A stretch of DNA of 64,000 nucleotides from the NCBI GenBank assembly GCA_009103225.1, contig RHPI01000193.1:287612-351611 (forward strand), in the 5' to 3' direction. This stretch comes from Chlorokybus atmophyticus (taxonomy: Eukaryota > Plantae > Mesostigma and Chlorokybus algae). The position numbers and the translations under genes are program-made. The notes beneath the pieces are model-generated. The model was not told the origin of the DNA, searched no databases, and worked only from the letters and a program-made list of their open reading frames with translations. Below, one piece after another: positions 51,100-64,000 of this stretch. Every line of letters starts with the position of its first letter. Position 1 is the first letter of the stretch.

Positions 51100-54000
51100 A
51101 TGCATGGCAAGCACAATAAGCTGCCACTTTTTGATAATGAAAAAGTGGATGACCAGGCTTGTGTGCTAGTGCATGTAGAATTTGACATGCTAACAGACGT
51201 TTTGTGCACATTGTGTGAGTTACAAAATAAACACACGACACTGAGTGTAGTTGTCATGGTGCCGAAGTATCATGAACCGTGGCTAAAGCATACTCGGGGC
51301 GGGGGGACTGTGTTGAAACAATTCACAAAGCGTGCGACTGGGACAGTGCGGTTGTCAGCAATATTGCTTAACCCGCGCGTCAGTCACGGAATCTTGGCTA
51401 CCTTTAAAAAGCGAGTAGTACCTTTATTGTGGACCTTCACAGGCACGGCACAGAGTATTACTAGCTCGTTCTTAGTTGACATCGGGGCAACGCATAATTT
51501 CGTCGAAGAAAAATGGGTTATGCGCAATAAGATAGCGTGTAAACCCTCAGCATTCTCAGCTGCTGGTGCTGGGGATACGTTATCGGTAAAAGGTGAAATC
51601 AAGTTCAAAGTTAAGACTGGTAGTCATCAAGCCAATTTAATTTTCATCGTAGTGCCCATTGACATAGTTGGTGTTGATGTGGTATTTAGCCAAGAATGGC
51701 AGAATCAAGTGTCTATGACATTAAATGCTGCTGCACGGCTGTGCACAGTAAAGAAGGGGCGTAAGCGCATCACTTTGTCCGTGCAGGGGTTGCATAGCCT
51801 AGAATACAAGCAAAGAGACCCTGCGTAACTTACGGCGCTTCAAATGAAGCGTGCGTTACGTAAAAACACACCTGCTTTTTTAATGCACTTAACGTCGAGT
51901 GATGATGTAGTGCCTTGCAATACAAAAGGTGTGGCGGACATCATTGAGAAATTTCAGGATGTGTTCTTAGATGAGTTGCCGGGCTTGCCTCTTGATCGAG
52001 GTGTTGGACACACAATACCATTAATTCCTAATAGTGAGCCTCCATTTCGGCCTATATATAGGTTGAGTCCTCGTGAGAGGGGAAATGGAAACACAGATAA
52101 AAGAGTTATTGGAAGAGGGATTGATTGAACCAAGTTCTTCAACCTTTGGCGCACCCATATTTATTATGAAAAAGAATGGGAATGGGTTGCGCATGTGTGT
52201 GGATTACCGTGCTCTAAACAAGATCACGGTAAAGAACAGATACCCGTTGCCAAGGATTGATGCTGTGTTTGACAAGTTGTCAGGGAATGCGACTTTAGTA
52301 CGCTAGACTTAACAAGCGGCTATCATCAAATCCGGATTCATCCTTCGGATGTCTATAAAACAGCATTCATAACACCTACAGGCCATTATCGATACAAAAT
52401 GTTACCTTTTGGATTGACTAATGCACCCGCTGTGTTTCAGAAGGAAATGAATAAAAATTTTGGTGACATGCTTGGTCAACATGTCATGATATACTTGGAT
52501 GACATCATTGTCTTTGATAAAACAAAGGAAGAACATAGGCAACACTTGGAAGCGGTGTTTGAAAGATTGCGCAAGCATCGTTTGTTGGCAAATCTCACCA
52601 AGTGTGATTTTTGTAAAACGGAGTTGCCCTTTCTTGGGCACATTGTGAGTGGTGCAGGTATCAAACCTGACCCTCGCAAAGTGCAGATTATGAAAGAGTG
52701 GCCCCAACCATAGAATATCCATCAACTAAGGTCGTTTCTAGGGTTGGCAAACTATTTTCGCAAGTTCATGATGGGGTACTCGACGGTTGTCATGCCTTTG
52801 ACTAAACTGTTGCGTAAAGATGCCCCATTCACTTGGACAACAGCACAAGACACTGCTATGCAAAAGGTGAAGTTGGCTATAGCGTCGGCGCCGGTGTTAG
52901 CACTGCCCAATTGGGACAAACACTTCACAGTGGTCAGTGATGCATCAACACTTGCGTGTGGTGCGGTACTATTGCAAGATGGTAGACCTTGTGCTTATGA
53001 GAGTAGGAAGTTCATTCCTGCAGAGGTGAACTACACTACGACAGAGCAATAACTATTGGGTTTAGCTCATGCTCTCGAGACATGGAGATGTTACTTAGAG
53101 GGTGTTCAGTTCACTGTTGTGACTGATCACAACCCGTTGGTGTATTTCTCAACACAGCAAAACTTGTTGAGACGGCAAGCGCGCTGGAATGAATTTTTGT
53201 CCGGGTTCACTTTTGATTGGGTGTATCAGCCGGGCAGAACCAATGAGGCTGACCCTTTATCGCTGCCCGTCATTATTGGCGGTGATGCGCGCGCAATTAC
53301 TCGCGACACGTAGCACGTTGTTGTCTTCTGATGATGAGTTTGTGCAAACTGTTGTACAGGGGTACACTTTGGACCCGTGGTTTATTAATGTAGACAACTT
53401 ACCAAAGTTTGACAAACGTAACAATCTGTGTTACATGAACAACAGTTTGGCGATGCCTGCTCATGCTGCGTGTAAAATGCATAGCAGATGTACACGATCC
53501 ACCTTACGCTAGGCACTTTGGTAATCGCAAGACCACTAAGGCAGCGCAACAGTTGTATTGGTGGCCATCGTTGACTGCTGTTGTTAAGCGGTATGTGAAC
53601 ACGTGTGACAAATGTCAACGTGACAAAACGTTACGTCAAAAGCCCGCTGGGCCACTGCGGCCGTTACCACTTCCTGACAGTAAGTGGAAAGTGTGAGTAT
53701 GGACTTTGTCACTGAGCTCCCTGAGACAGCGTTGGGTCATACTGCGGTTGCAGTGTTTGTGGATCGTTTAATCAAAAAAGTTCACATTGTTCCTTACCGT
53801 ACGGAGATAGGCTCCTGTGATCTAGCGATGGTTTTTGTCGCGTTAGTGTTCAAGTTGCATGGCTTGCCTCGCAATAGTGTCTCTGCTCGTGACCCGAGGT
53901 TTGTGGCTCAGTTATGAAAGTCGCTATGCAACTTCCTGCAGAGACAGCAGCATATGAGTACCGCTTATCATTCGCAGACTGATGGTCAAACTAAATGCGC

Positions 54001-54856
54001 CAATTAAGTAATTGAGGAGACCATTCGGCATTATGTGAGTCCGAATCAGTCTGATTGGGATATTTATCTTCCAATGGCTGAGTTCGCGATTAACAATGCA
54101 TGGCAAGAGAGCGTGCAGGAAACTCCGTTCTTTATAAATTACGGAGTGCATTCATAAAGTCCTGCGAGTAGTAAGTCGCCAGCTAACGACTTGACTCGCG
54201 AGCCTGCAGCACGCGAGATGGCTGCGGCCATGCAAGACAGGTTAGCATTGGCAAAGAGCTGTCTGCGCGCAGCGCAAGACAGACAGAAAGCCCAAGCTAA
54301 TAAGCATCGTAGGCAGGCCGACTATGTGGGCAATTCGGTGCTTTTGAGCACTAAAAACATATTCATCAAGGGAGTGGGTACCCGAAAATGTTTCCCTCGC
54401 TGGATAGGCCCCTTTAAAGTGGTCGATTAGGTCGGCACTCACGCGTATCGTTTGGAGTTATCACATTCCATACGTGTATGTAATGTGTTTCATGTGAGTG
54501 TAATGAAACGGTACCGTTCACACGGTCAGGTTCAACCTCCTCCACCCCCAGTCGCAGTGGATGGCGATGATACTTTCGAGTATCAGGTGGAAACAATTCT
54601 GAGTCACTGTAAGCCACGACGCGGACGCGCGCCAACTTACTTGGTGAAATGGAAAGGGTATGGTGTTGAACACAACACATGGAAACCCAAAAAGAATCTT
54701 ACCAACTGCCAGGAGATTCTTCGGGCGTACTGGAGTGATGTGTCCGCACGCAGACGGCAAAAGGGTGCTGGCAGACATCTTTACCGCTTCGGCCCTGGTT
54801 CTTTTTTCAAAATTTTTTCACTCAGGTTTTCACTGCTCACGGTGGGGCCTTGCTAA
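51100..54856 (+). pseudogene. pol: pol of element 3: putative MTase-like segment, PR, RT, RH, INT, chromodomain (many stops and frameshifts)
   Basis: FLVDIGATHNFV; LRMCVDYRALN; MIYLDDIIVF; VSDASTLACGAVLLQ; HFGNRKT..CDKCQR; YQVETILSH..YLVKWKGYGVEHNTWKP. Confidence 0.93.
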
Positions 54857-54894
54857 CCCTTCAATGCGGACATTAAAACCTAAGTAGGGGGAAA

Positions 54895-55221
54895 TGTAAC
54901 GGAGTGCTACCGCTATGCGGTTCCCCGCCCTTATTTAATCAGAAATAAGGGTCCCAACAGGATAAGCACAGCCATTAAAGTCGTATTAAGGCCTTTATAG
55001 GCCCTAATAAGGTGTCATGTTATTTAACACCAATATCGATCTGAGACATGAGTCTCAAGTCGATATCGGCCGCATGGCGGCGCTGCCAACGCAGCGACCG
55101 CCATAGCGTGGAGCAGCATCTTTTGATCCTGGCTGCCAGCGGCGGCAGCGGCGACGTGGCTGTGGTTGGTGGTGTTGGGGTAGGGGATTACAGGGGGCGG
55201 TAGCACCTCCCCCTTCTTACA
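54895..55221 (+). repeat. 3' LTR of element 3 (327 bp)
   Basis: Direct repeat of 48345-48672. Confidence 0.95.
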
Positions 55222-58200
55222 GGTTTGCTTGTGCATATATGCCCACGCTCTCAAGATTGCAAGCAGTCTTGCAAGTTCAGACCAGGTGGGTTGCACCTCC
55301 GCAGATAACTGCTACTTGTTGTACATTTTGTTATTGCTTCCATATGCTGTCATGTGTAACTGCTTTGTTGCAAGTTATTTAAGTGCATAAGCTCAATAAT
55401 TTGTCACATGCAGCTTGACCTCTCAGATACATTAGTCATTTAATTGCATGCGTTGTTGTGGAGATTGAGATGCAGTTGCAGAGGAGACCACCACAATCGT
55501 GTGGAATATATCGAGGGGTACAAGTGGCAGCTGGTTGGCTCGAAACATCAATGACACCCCCAACATGATGAGGCAGCAGCAATGGTGCTGCCCTGCTAAT
55601 TTCAGCCTGCAGTCTAGTTATGCTTGAGTGGTTTTGTGTGTGGTGTTCTTATAGCTTTACTAGCCGCTTCATTCCGCCTCATTGTTTATTACTCGCAATG
55701 GCCTCGAAGTTGAGGATCGTGCTTGGGATTACGACAATTTCGTGATGAAAACGGAGTATTTCGCAATGCTCGTTGACTTTGTGGACGACGGAGATAAAGC
55801 ATTTGCGTCGTAATTTAAAAATGTTGCATGTAATGATGGAGTTGGTCGATTCATGGTGTCACATTGTGGTTGTAATGTGTAATGCATGTGTTGGACAGTA
55901 TTTTGTTGCGCAATCAATACAAGCAATTGCATTACGCGAGTTGACACTGATTTGTTCGATTTACGACAGTTGTAGTTTTTGCTCTTAAAACAAACCCGTC
56001 AACCGTACAATTGCAATTGGCTATTGAAAGTTGCTCTCTGTGACAAGTAACGGCATACTCGTTGATGTTGCAGTTTATTTGTCAATATATGATTCTGCGA
56101 ATGAGATGATTTAAAAGTGCTATTTCGTGACAATCATGCTTAACGGGGCTATCTGTTGAGGATAATATGTGCCGCAGATAGCTCTCAACTTTTAATATTA
56201 ATAATCATAATAATCTACATAAAGTTACTACAATTAAACCTATGAAGGCTCATGTGTATCCATTACACGTGAGCCACTTGTGAAAAGAGGGGGGACTTTT
56301 TATCCGTTGGTTTTATTATTTAACCGGTGCAAACCGGTTAATCTCGTATTTGTTTGCAGCCCACAGCGGTCGCGTAGTAAAATAAAGCCGATCGACTGCC
56401 CGTCGACCGCCAGAATCATCGCGGTTGATTGGCAGTATCCGTTCAATCATTAAGATAGAACGGCGCTGGCCGTTTTCACCGCGCAATGCCGCCAGCCATC
56501 CGTCGGCGTCGCGGCTCACGACGTGGGCGCGCCGCGTTTCAGCAACCCCTGCTCGCGACTCCTAACAAGCCTTCCTACCGTATCGGTACCCACAGTCGAA
56601 GAGTACACTGTAAGTCCATGAACGCAATATAGTTAGCAGCATGTTTTACGACACACGTACATATCCTATGTGCGCTAATGTTTGATAACTCCGTTTGATT
56701 TGATTAGCACAAAGCGATTCATCATCCGTGGAAAGAGTTGTTGCATTAGCGACAACTGCATATAAATAACATCCGCTTGTCTTGTCCGATTGCACAATCG
56801 CAGATTATAACAAATCCGACGACACTTATGGTATAGAAGCAATTTTCTGATGTGAGTTGCAGCGCGTATCATTGTTATCTCATCATGTATTGATTGTCAT
56901 AGCTCTGCTGTAAAGTTATCATTCACTTGCATGATTACTTTCAACCTTGCATTGCTAGCAAAGGTAAGGCTTTTAGTGCTCGCGATGTTATGGGTTGCAT
57001 CAAATAGCATGGATCACAGTATGGTTGCAGGCAATTGCTCTTTCCAATATGTGTATGCGCAGCGCACGTGGCCCTTCTGCTGAGCATCGCGGCATGCTGC
57101 TAGTCTATTGGCATAAGAGCCTTAAACATGGAGTGCTCTCCATGCACCAGGCACAAAAGGGATCGGCAATAGATGTTGTGACATTCATTTCAGCCTGTCC
57201 GATCACATGAAAGTTGCTGAACAGGCAAACATGGCAGGGCAAAGCGCTGCTCACAGCATACGAGCAACTCATTGAAGGGTTTGATAAAGCCGTGTAGCTC
57301 TCCCTTTTATATACCTCACTGTGCCGAACAAGAATGACAAATTGCGCATGTGCGTAGACTATCGTGCCGTAAATGAGCTTGATTGGGAATACATATGCTT
57401 TGCCAAGAATTGATGATTATTTATGATTATTTGTTTAATCAGTTACCGGGGAGCTACTGTGTTCGGTGTTTCTGGATCATGTGTTGGGGTAAAATTAAAT
57501 CCGCATAATACCAAAAGATTTGCCCAAGACAGCGTTCAAAACATGTGTGGCCACTTCCAGTACAAGGTGCTGCTTTTTGGGCTGAGCAATGCACACTTCC
57601 CTTGCATGTACTTAATGGCGCAGCCGGTGACAACCAAGCGCCATCTGTCTTACAACCAGATGCTGTCAGTCCAACAATCTGACGGGCTCGCCCCTTGCAT
57701 GTTGTGTTGAGCATAGCCCTTGTATGCATAGCATATGAATGCACATTACCTACATGCGTGTTTACATGCATAGATCACCTACGCAGCGATGCACTTGGAG
57801 TGCATTAGTGCCTTGCCACTTGCATGTGATGCATGCTTGTATTTGCTTGTTGCAGTGTGACTCACATATTACACGAACTCTGACTTGCATTGCCCATGGT
57901 ATGCTGCCGTGGTGAGACGGTTGGAGGTTAAGTGTGACATGTTGTTGATCTTGCAGCTATTGCAATTATCGAGCAAGTGATCGTTACAACCTTATGTCAT
58001 CATGTCCTTCATTGTAGTTGGCAGAATAAATCACTTATGTTGCCAATGGGTGCAATGGCACAAACATAATTGTAACATGCTTTTTGTGTCTCTGTGCTGT
58101 TCACATGCGCTGAGCATTGTGCCAATATTAAGATAACACTATTATTGGGGTCTAATCATTAGCATGATGCTCATCTTAATTGTGCAGCTCGACTATTGCT

Positions 58201-59761
58201 TTAATGATGCCACTCACTTACTTGCTGTTCAGCTTGGCAAACTTATGCACAAGCACCAAAAACTTACAAATGGAAATCCCGCCAGCATAACCGGTGCAGC
58301 ACCTTGCAGGGGAAGTTGCAGCTTAGCACCAAGGGAGGAGAGGATGACCACCGACCTCTCCAGTCAGCCTCGAGCACATATACGCTAAACGCACTTACGA
58401 CACTACAACACCACACCCCACAAGGGATGACGCGGAGGGCCCCTTCGACCGCTATTACTAAGCACCCCAAGCACAAGTGGCCCTCTTGTAGGGCAAACAC
58501 ATACTGAGGTCATGATTAATACTGTTCCGATCCTTACTCAAAGTTGCAATTTAGCATTTTTACCACATGCTGCTCTCCCGACCTAGCACACAAGATGTCC
58601 AAGGGCATCTAAGCCTCCTGTCACTAAGCGCTGACCTTGCCCCTACATTGGAACCAGCAAACTCCATTTCGAGAGTATCAAACCACCTCGGGTTACTGTA
58701 AGAGTAACATGCCTACCTCGGAACTACAAACTCTAACTCCCCTTTTACACATGTACTTGCAAATTGCCCCGGGTGGCACATGCATCACTGGCCTTGCAAT
58801 TGTCACACATGCGGCAAATCATACTACCACAGTTCAAATCTTGTGGTTTGCCAACTTGGCTCACTATTTCGTAACTGCCACTTCTTGTCGCAACTCAGAG
58901 TACAATACCCAAGGCTCACATGCCATGTGCATTGACCAGCTCTGTGCTAGCCCTCATCAATGCCTGAAGTAGTTTAACATACACAAGGCCCCATAGGCTT
59001 AAGAGCAGACCGCATGAGAGCACACCCCATAAGCACTACACTCGCTTATGACTTGGAAAACCACTAGGAACAGAGAATGACTTTTGCCTTATGGGCGTGA
59101 CAATTGCATTCATGTGCGCATTGTTTGTATACGATCTAATTACGGGACCACACAAAACTGTGTTGTTGAAAACTTTACGGTTAAGATCATAAAGTCGCAG
59201 TGGCTGCTTATCCCTTTTAGCACTGCTGTGCGGCACATTGCTACAACTTATGTCAATCTTACAACCAATCAATGCAATGTACCTGCAGAGTTGCTTGCCT
59301 TTCTGATCCAGCGTGTGGTGTTGCTTGTGGTGGTAAGTTGTGTGGGTCACTTGTTGTCTTCCCTTTATACACTGGGTTTGGCATGTTTTATAGGATGGGC
59401 ATCATGGAAAGCATGCTTCAACAATACACATAACACAAAACATCATGTCTGCCCGTGCATATAATATGCACGGGCAAACTTGTGGGCAGACTTGTGCACG
59501 CATTGAATCTAACATACTCCATATTTGAGTGGTAATGATAAAATTGTTGATAGGGTGTTGGCTTGTATTTGCTGATGCGAATATTATACCGCTCCAGCTT
59601 TTGCTGCAACCACAAGTAATGTGATGGACACTCTGCCGGCATTGTGGCAACGCTGGAAGGAGAGACCGCCAAGGGCGGTCAAAAGGTATGCTAAGAGCCT
59701 TGCGAGGGCGTTCAGCATCAAGACTGGGTTGCATGACGTTGTGCATGCTCAGCGTCATGAG

Positions 59762-60018
59762 TAGGGCTGGGACATAACAATTATGTTCGCGAACAAATAA
59801 CAAGCAAAGAACGTTTTTTGTTTGTCCTGTACACACTACAGAGTTTTAGTAACAAAATGGAGACCCAAAAGAACGTTTTTTGTTCGTTTGCAAAGAGCAT
59901 GCTGCGCAAACGAACCGGCGCTGCAGTCACGCAGCGTTACGTTGTTACGTGACGCAGCGTGACGCAGTGTGACGATGCGCTGCAGCGTGACCCTGTTCAG
60001 CATGTGAGCGGCGTTGTG

Positions 60019-60049
<31 letters not shown>

Positions 60050-63000
60050 GTGCTTTGCTGGTTGTCTCTCACTTTCCAAGGTAGGTACACTCCCTTGATG
60101 TCATTGCATAACATGTCTTAATGCATTAGCAGCAGCATTGCACAAGTTGGATATTGACAAGGGTTTTGCACACAGATGTCAGCAACTAACCGGGAGCATA
60201 GGTGAAGCCGGTGCCACATCTGGTGGTGCCCCCGATTCTATAGAGATTGAAGGCATCAAATGTATGCTAGCTAATGCATCCATCAACCAAGAACTAGCAA
60301 AGGGTGAAGCTAGAGCACTGAGTTGGGCGCAATGGAAGGTAGAGCATAGAAAACTTGCTAGTCAGCGCAGCAAGGCTCTTGGCAATCTAGCATACAATGC
60401 CATCAGCACTTGGCGTTGGCTTGAGCCTGTGCTGATTGCCAACAATGAGAGGCTTGGATGTGATGGCGTGCATGCGTTGGGGCTACTTTGTGTATGTGGT
60501 GATGTGCACACAAATGTGTCCAACATCCCCAAGCTTCGTGGTGACCATTTTGCCAACGCATGCAAGGGGATTTCTCCATCACAGCATGAGGCTTTAGTAA
60601 GTGCACATGCTAGCATTGGTTCATGTCGTAATTGTGTCATTATGCCACGAAAAGATAGGGATTGATATTCGCTTTTATTATGTATGTGATTTGCTGCATG
60701 CAGCAACAAGCGCAAGACTGCACCCTCTTATGTGGCAGCACCAGGTGATGTGGAAGCCTGGCAAGCTGCACAAAAGCGTATGAAAGAGAGGGAGAAGTTT
60801 GAGTCACAAAGCACGCAGGCAAGTGCAACTTGCTATGCATGCTTGTGTTGGCACCTCTTGCATGTGAACATTGCACAATACCATTGCATGAGCTAACACT
60901 GTGTTCAACATGCATGTGCTATTTTAAGAACCTATTTGGCATACCGTAGTGACAATGACACATTCTTTGTGTATGCAGCAAACCAAGATAACCAAGCACA
61001 CAATCTCTCCTTCAGTGCTCAAGCAGTGGCACGCAAGTTGTGCTTATGGGTGTACAAGAACTGTGAATGTATACCAGTAAGTGCCATAGACTTCCCCAAC
61101 CTGAAAGACGCCCTGCGCTTGCTCGGCCACCCACGCATTACAAGGAAGTGGCTTTCAACAAAGTACCTTGATAGCATCTTTAAAGAGATTGTGTAGGACT
61201 TGGACAAGGACCTGCATCATAAAAATGTAAGTTTTGCTCATAACTCACAGCTCTCCGTTAGAACTCTCAGTCTTGCAGCAGATGTGTGATGCTTGTGTGA
61301 TAAGTTCGTGCAATCATGTGATGCAGCTGGCCATGGACGGCCTCAAGAAGAAGAACATGAACGATGGCTTTAAAGTTATCAACTATATGATTAATCAGCC
61401 CAATGGAGGGGCTGTCTTCTTTGTCTGCAAGCCTACGCGTGGCGAGTGAGTAGATGGCGAGTACTTGTACAGACAATGCAATGAAGTAAGTGTAAAGTGA
61501 CGTGCACAAGCAGCAAACAGTACATGCATCAAGACAGTGCTGCAAGCTTGTATTGCGCTTGCATCAGGTTAAAAAGGCCTCAACCAACAACGCCGAGCGC
61601 GTGATAGGAGTAGTAGCTGACGGGGAGAACCTCAACAAGTTTGTGCTTAAGCGGCTTGAAAGAGAGTTCCATTGAATGGTGTGCATCACCTGTCAGGCGC
61701 ATGCACTCTCTCTTTTGTTGAAAGACCTATGTCACAAAGTTAAAGGTGTCGACATGGTGGCTATCGTTATGGACGATGCGCATGCCATTGCCACATTCTT
61801 CACCAACAAAGCCAAGGGTACTGCTCTCCTTATGGTAATGCATACTTGTTGAGCATCAGATCTGAAGCCTGCTATGCATGCTAAATACTAGCACAACAAT
61901 CTTACTCTGCTTGTGTGGCAGGCACGACAACAACGCAAGAGTGGCAAGGCCAAGCGCCTGAGTGTGCCACCCGAAGTACGCTTGGCTACATGGTTGACTT
62001 GCTGCAAGATGTAGTTGATAGTGCTGAGGCATTGCAGATGACCATTGCACAAGATGAGTGGCATGTGCAATTTGGGAATGATGATGAGGCATAGGCGGTC
62101 GCTGACATTGTGCGATCCCCAACTTTTTTGCTAAACGCATCGGCGGCGTTACAATTACTAGCGCCCATCAGAGACCTCATTCACTTTGTAGAAGCAGATT
62201 GTCCTTTCATCTCTCAAGTTGTGCCTATGTGGTCATCCATCAAAGACCACGTAAAGAAGGTTGGTGCTCATGCCACAACCAGTTGCATGAATCATGCAGA
62301 TATTGTTGTCGCAAACACTAATAAGCTGGTTGTGGCAGTGGTGCACAGAGCACTTCTATGAGGAGAGCACTGTTTCACGCATTGTGCAGAGTGGCTGGAA
62401 GAAGTGCAAGCATCCGGCATACTACCTCGCATATGTCCTTTTTCCAAACAACCGTGTCCAGGACGGCACGTGTGAGAGGTGTGAATCAGCTTGTTATGGC
62501 ATGTTTGTTGCTAGCTTAATGCACATCAAGATGTACAGCTGCACTTTGTGCACTTGTGGTCGGCACGGAGCTGACTGACTGTTGCTATACAGGTATTTGC
62601 CACCTTTCGCCCAGCTTGACAACGCACAGCTCGAGCTTCTCGAGAAGGAGCTGCACCGCTTGGTTGGCGTAGTCCGGAACTCCTAAGAAGGAGTGGCATT
62701 GCACAAGGTGCTGATGGCATTTTTTGCTCATGGGTTGAGCTGGAGATGTTGATGCGGTTCACTTTAATAAGGGACAGCTTAATCCAAAGTTAAAGCAACC
62801 CATGTGCGTCAGCGTAGAAGTATGCAGGATGTGCTGGAGTGGGGATGCGAGATACCTCTCTGAAGAAGGTAGCGGTTGTATTATCTTCCATGCACGCTAC
62901 GTCATGCTCGCCAGAGTGCAACAACTCCGTCTGGCGCTGGGTGTACCGCGACAACCGCGGCAGTCTGATGTTGGAGCGAGCAAGCAAGATGGTGTTCATC

Positions 63001-63387
63001 AACAGCTTCTATGCATTGCTTGATCGCGTGGCAGATCCCGACTACGACCGCCTTCGAATTGTTGTGCACGCCTTTGAGCGAGGAGGCACGACGCTTCGAG
63101 TCACATTTGCGAGGCGTGCGGTGATGAGGATGAGGTTATTACCTTAGAGTAGTACAGTGCAGCTGGTTGAATGCCATACATAGTGCACTGCATTGTGCTC
63201 GTCATTGTATGCATTTTTATGTATGTTGGCATGCATGTTGGTTCGTTCGTTCCCGATGGTTCGTTTGCTGCCATCCGCAAATGTTGCTTGCTTTGTTCTG
63301 TAAGAACAAAATGTGGTTATAAAAACGAAAATATGACAATATGGTTTAGGTTCTTGTTCGTTGTTCATTCGGCCATGCCCAAACCTA
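59762..63387 (+). mobile_element. Degraded hAT (DUF659-type) DNA transposon; ends tentative
   Basis: Possible imperfect TIRs TAGGGCTGGGACAT (59762) and reverse complement TAGGTTTGGGCAT (63387). GTTCGTT/AACGAAC-rich subterminal zones lie at both ends. No matching 8-bp TSD was found. Confidence 0.55.
60138..63150 (+). pseudogene. hAT transposase pseudogene (BED-like finger, DUF659, hATC dimerisation domain), intron-containing
   Basis: LCVCGDVHTNVSNIPKLRGDHFANAC (BED-like); QLAMDGLKK (D1); VVADGEN (D2); CQAHALSLLLKD (CxxH); HPAYYLAYVL; SCSPECNNSVWRWVYRDNRGSLMLERASKMVFI (E/hATC). Confidence 0.85.
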
Positions 63388-64000
63388 GATTCGTACCGAG
63401 CCCTAATTATGAGGCTCGTGAGGAATGCATAGATGCCGAGTGTGCGCACATGTGGCCACAATATTGGCGTTATGTTTACACACATTTGCAACACGTTGTG
63501 CTATTACTCATACACATACAATAGCCTACAGCAACAGCTAAGTTATTAATATGTTGTACATCATTCAAAGTCCTGACAATGCCACACTTGACAGATAGTG
63601 TAGCAGCCATGGAATTAACGGTTGAGATTAAGCAGAAAAGCAAATTGGGGGTCACACATGCCATAACGGCATGGGTGACAACCCCGTTTGCAATTATAGA
63701 TGGACATGTGGTAGATATGACGAATAGCATGCACATGGCGCATGATAGCCAACCAATAAAGCAGTTGTGTTGATGCATGTGGATAAGCGTGCGAGTGTGT
63801 GTGTAACCTATAAAAACACTCGCACATAGCTTGGTGGAATAGTACTTTTTGCACACTGCCAGAATGCAAGAAGTACTATTCCACCAAGCTATATGAAGAA
63901 CTTGAAGGGCTGCAAGATCCTACTTAAATTCTACCCATAGCTCGTGATAACCAAGCAACCATGAGATAGACCCCACAAGTTATGTTCAAGCTGCTGCTAC

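Larger units (their letters stand above)
48345..55221 (+). mobile_element. Full-length Ty3/gypsy chromovirus (element 3), a distinct and older family with degraded pol
   Basis: LTRs 48345-48672 and 54895-55221 (TGTAAC..TTACA), TSD GGTTT (48340-44, 55222-26), PBS TGGTATCGGAGC 48675-86, PPT AGTAGGGGGAAA 54883-94. Confidence 0.97.

Noticed and set aside
10977-55221. RIP-like directed CpA>TpA mutation explaining the many premature stops
   Set aside because: Some stops fit C>T (SPPC-TAG, PLRYL-TAA) but others need transversions, and the element-2 LTR pair differs at only ~5 sites. An ordinary transition bias suffices; a copy alignment would be needed to test it.
55700-57700. AT-richer stretch as a possible horizontally acquired or organellar insert
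   Set aside because: No recognisable ORF or RNA gene; short ORFs only.

Overview
Eukaryotic, intron-rich, repeat-rich draft genomic DNA with N-gaps and long TG/CA/GA microsatellites. It is most consistent with a green alga (chlorophyte or early streptophyte; inference from gene style and transposon types). Host genes: a multi-exon sodium:solute symporter (2993-7314, +), an inverted and degraded partial copy of it (1-945, -), and a multi-exon P1B-2 Zn/Cd heavy-metal ATPase (41641-46146, -). Three full-length Ty3/gypsy chromoviruses each show paired LTRs, a 5-bp TSD, PBS and PPT (10977-17124 +, 31870-37193 -, 48345-55221 +). There is also a decayed hAT/DUF659 transposon (~59760-63390). The most unusual region is ~17.6-31.8 kb. 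It looks like a ~14-kb multi-gene DNA transposon built around a Plavaka-type (EnSpm/CACTA-related) transposase. Its cargo is a Tudor-domain plus phage/bacterial-type C5 DNA methyltransferase, a RING-finger gene and two unknown genes. The putative promoters all share dense ATGGTAC/GTACCAT clusters, and a palindromic 53-bp tandem array sits at the left edge. Separately, the third chromovirus seems to carry a degenerate Dam-like adenine-MTase segment before its protease. All transposon ORFs examined contain stops or frameshifts except two gag ORFs. Domain calls come from motif recognition by eye, not from searches.
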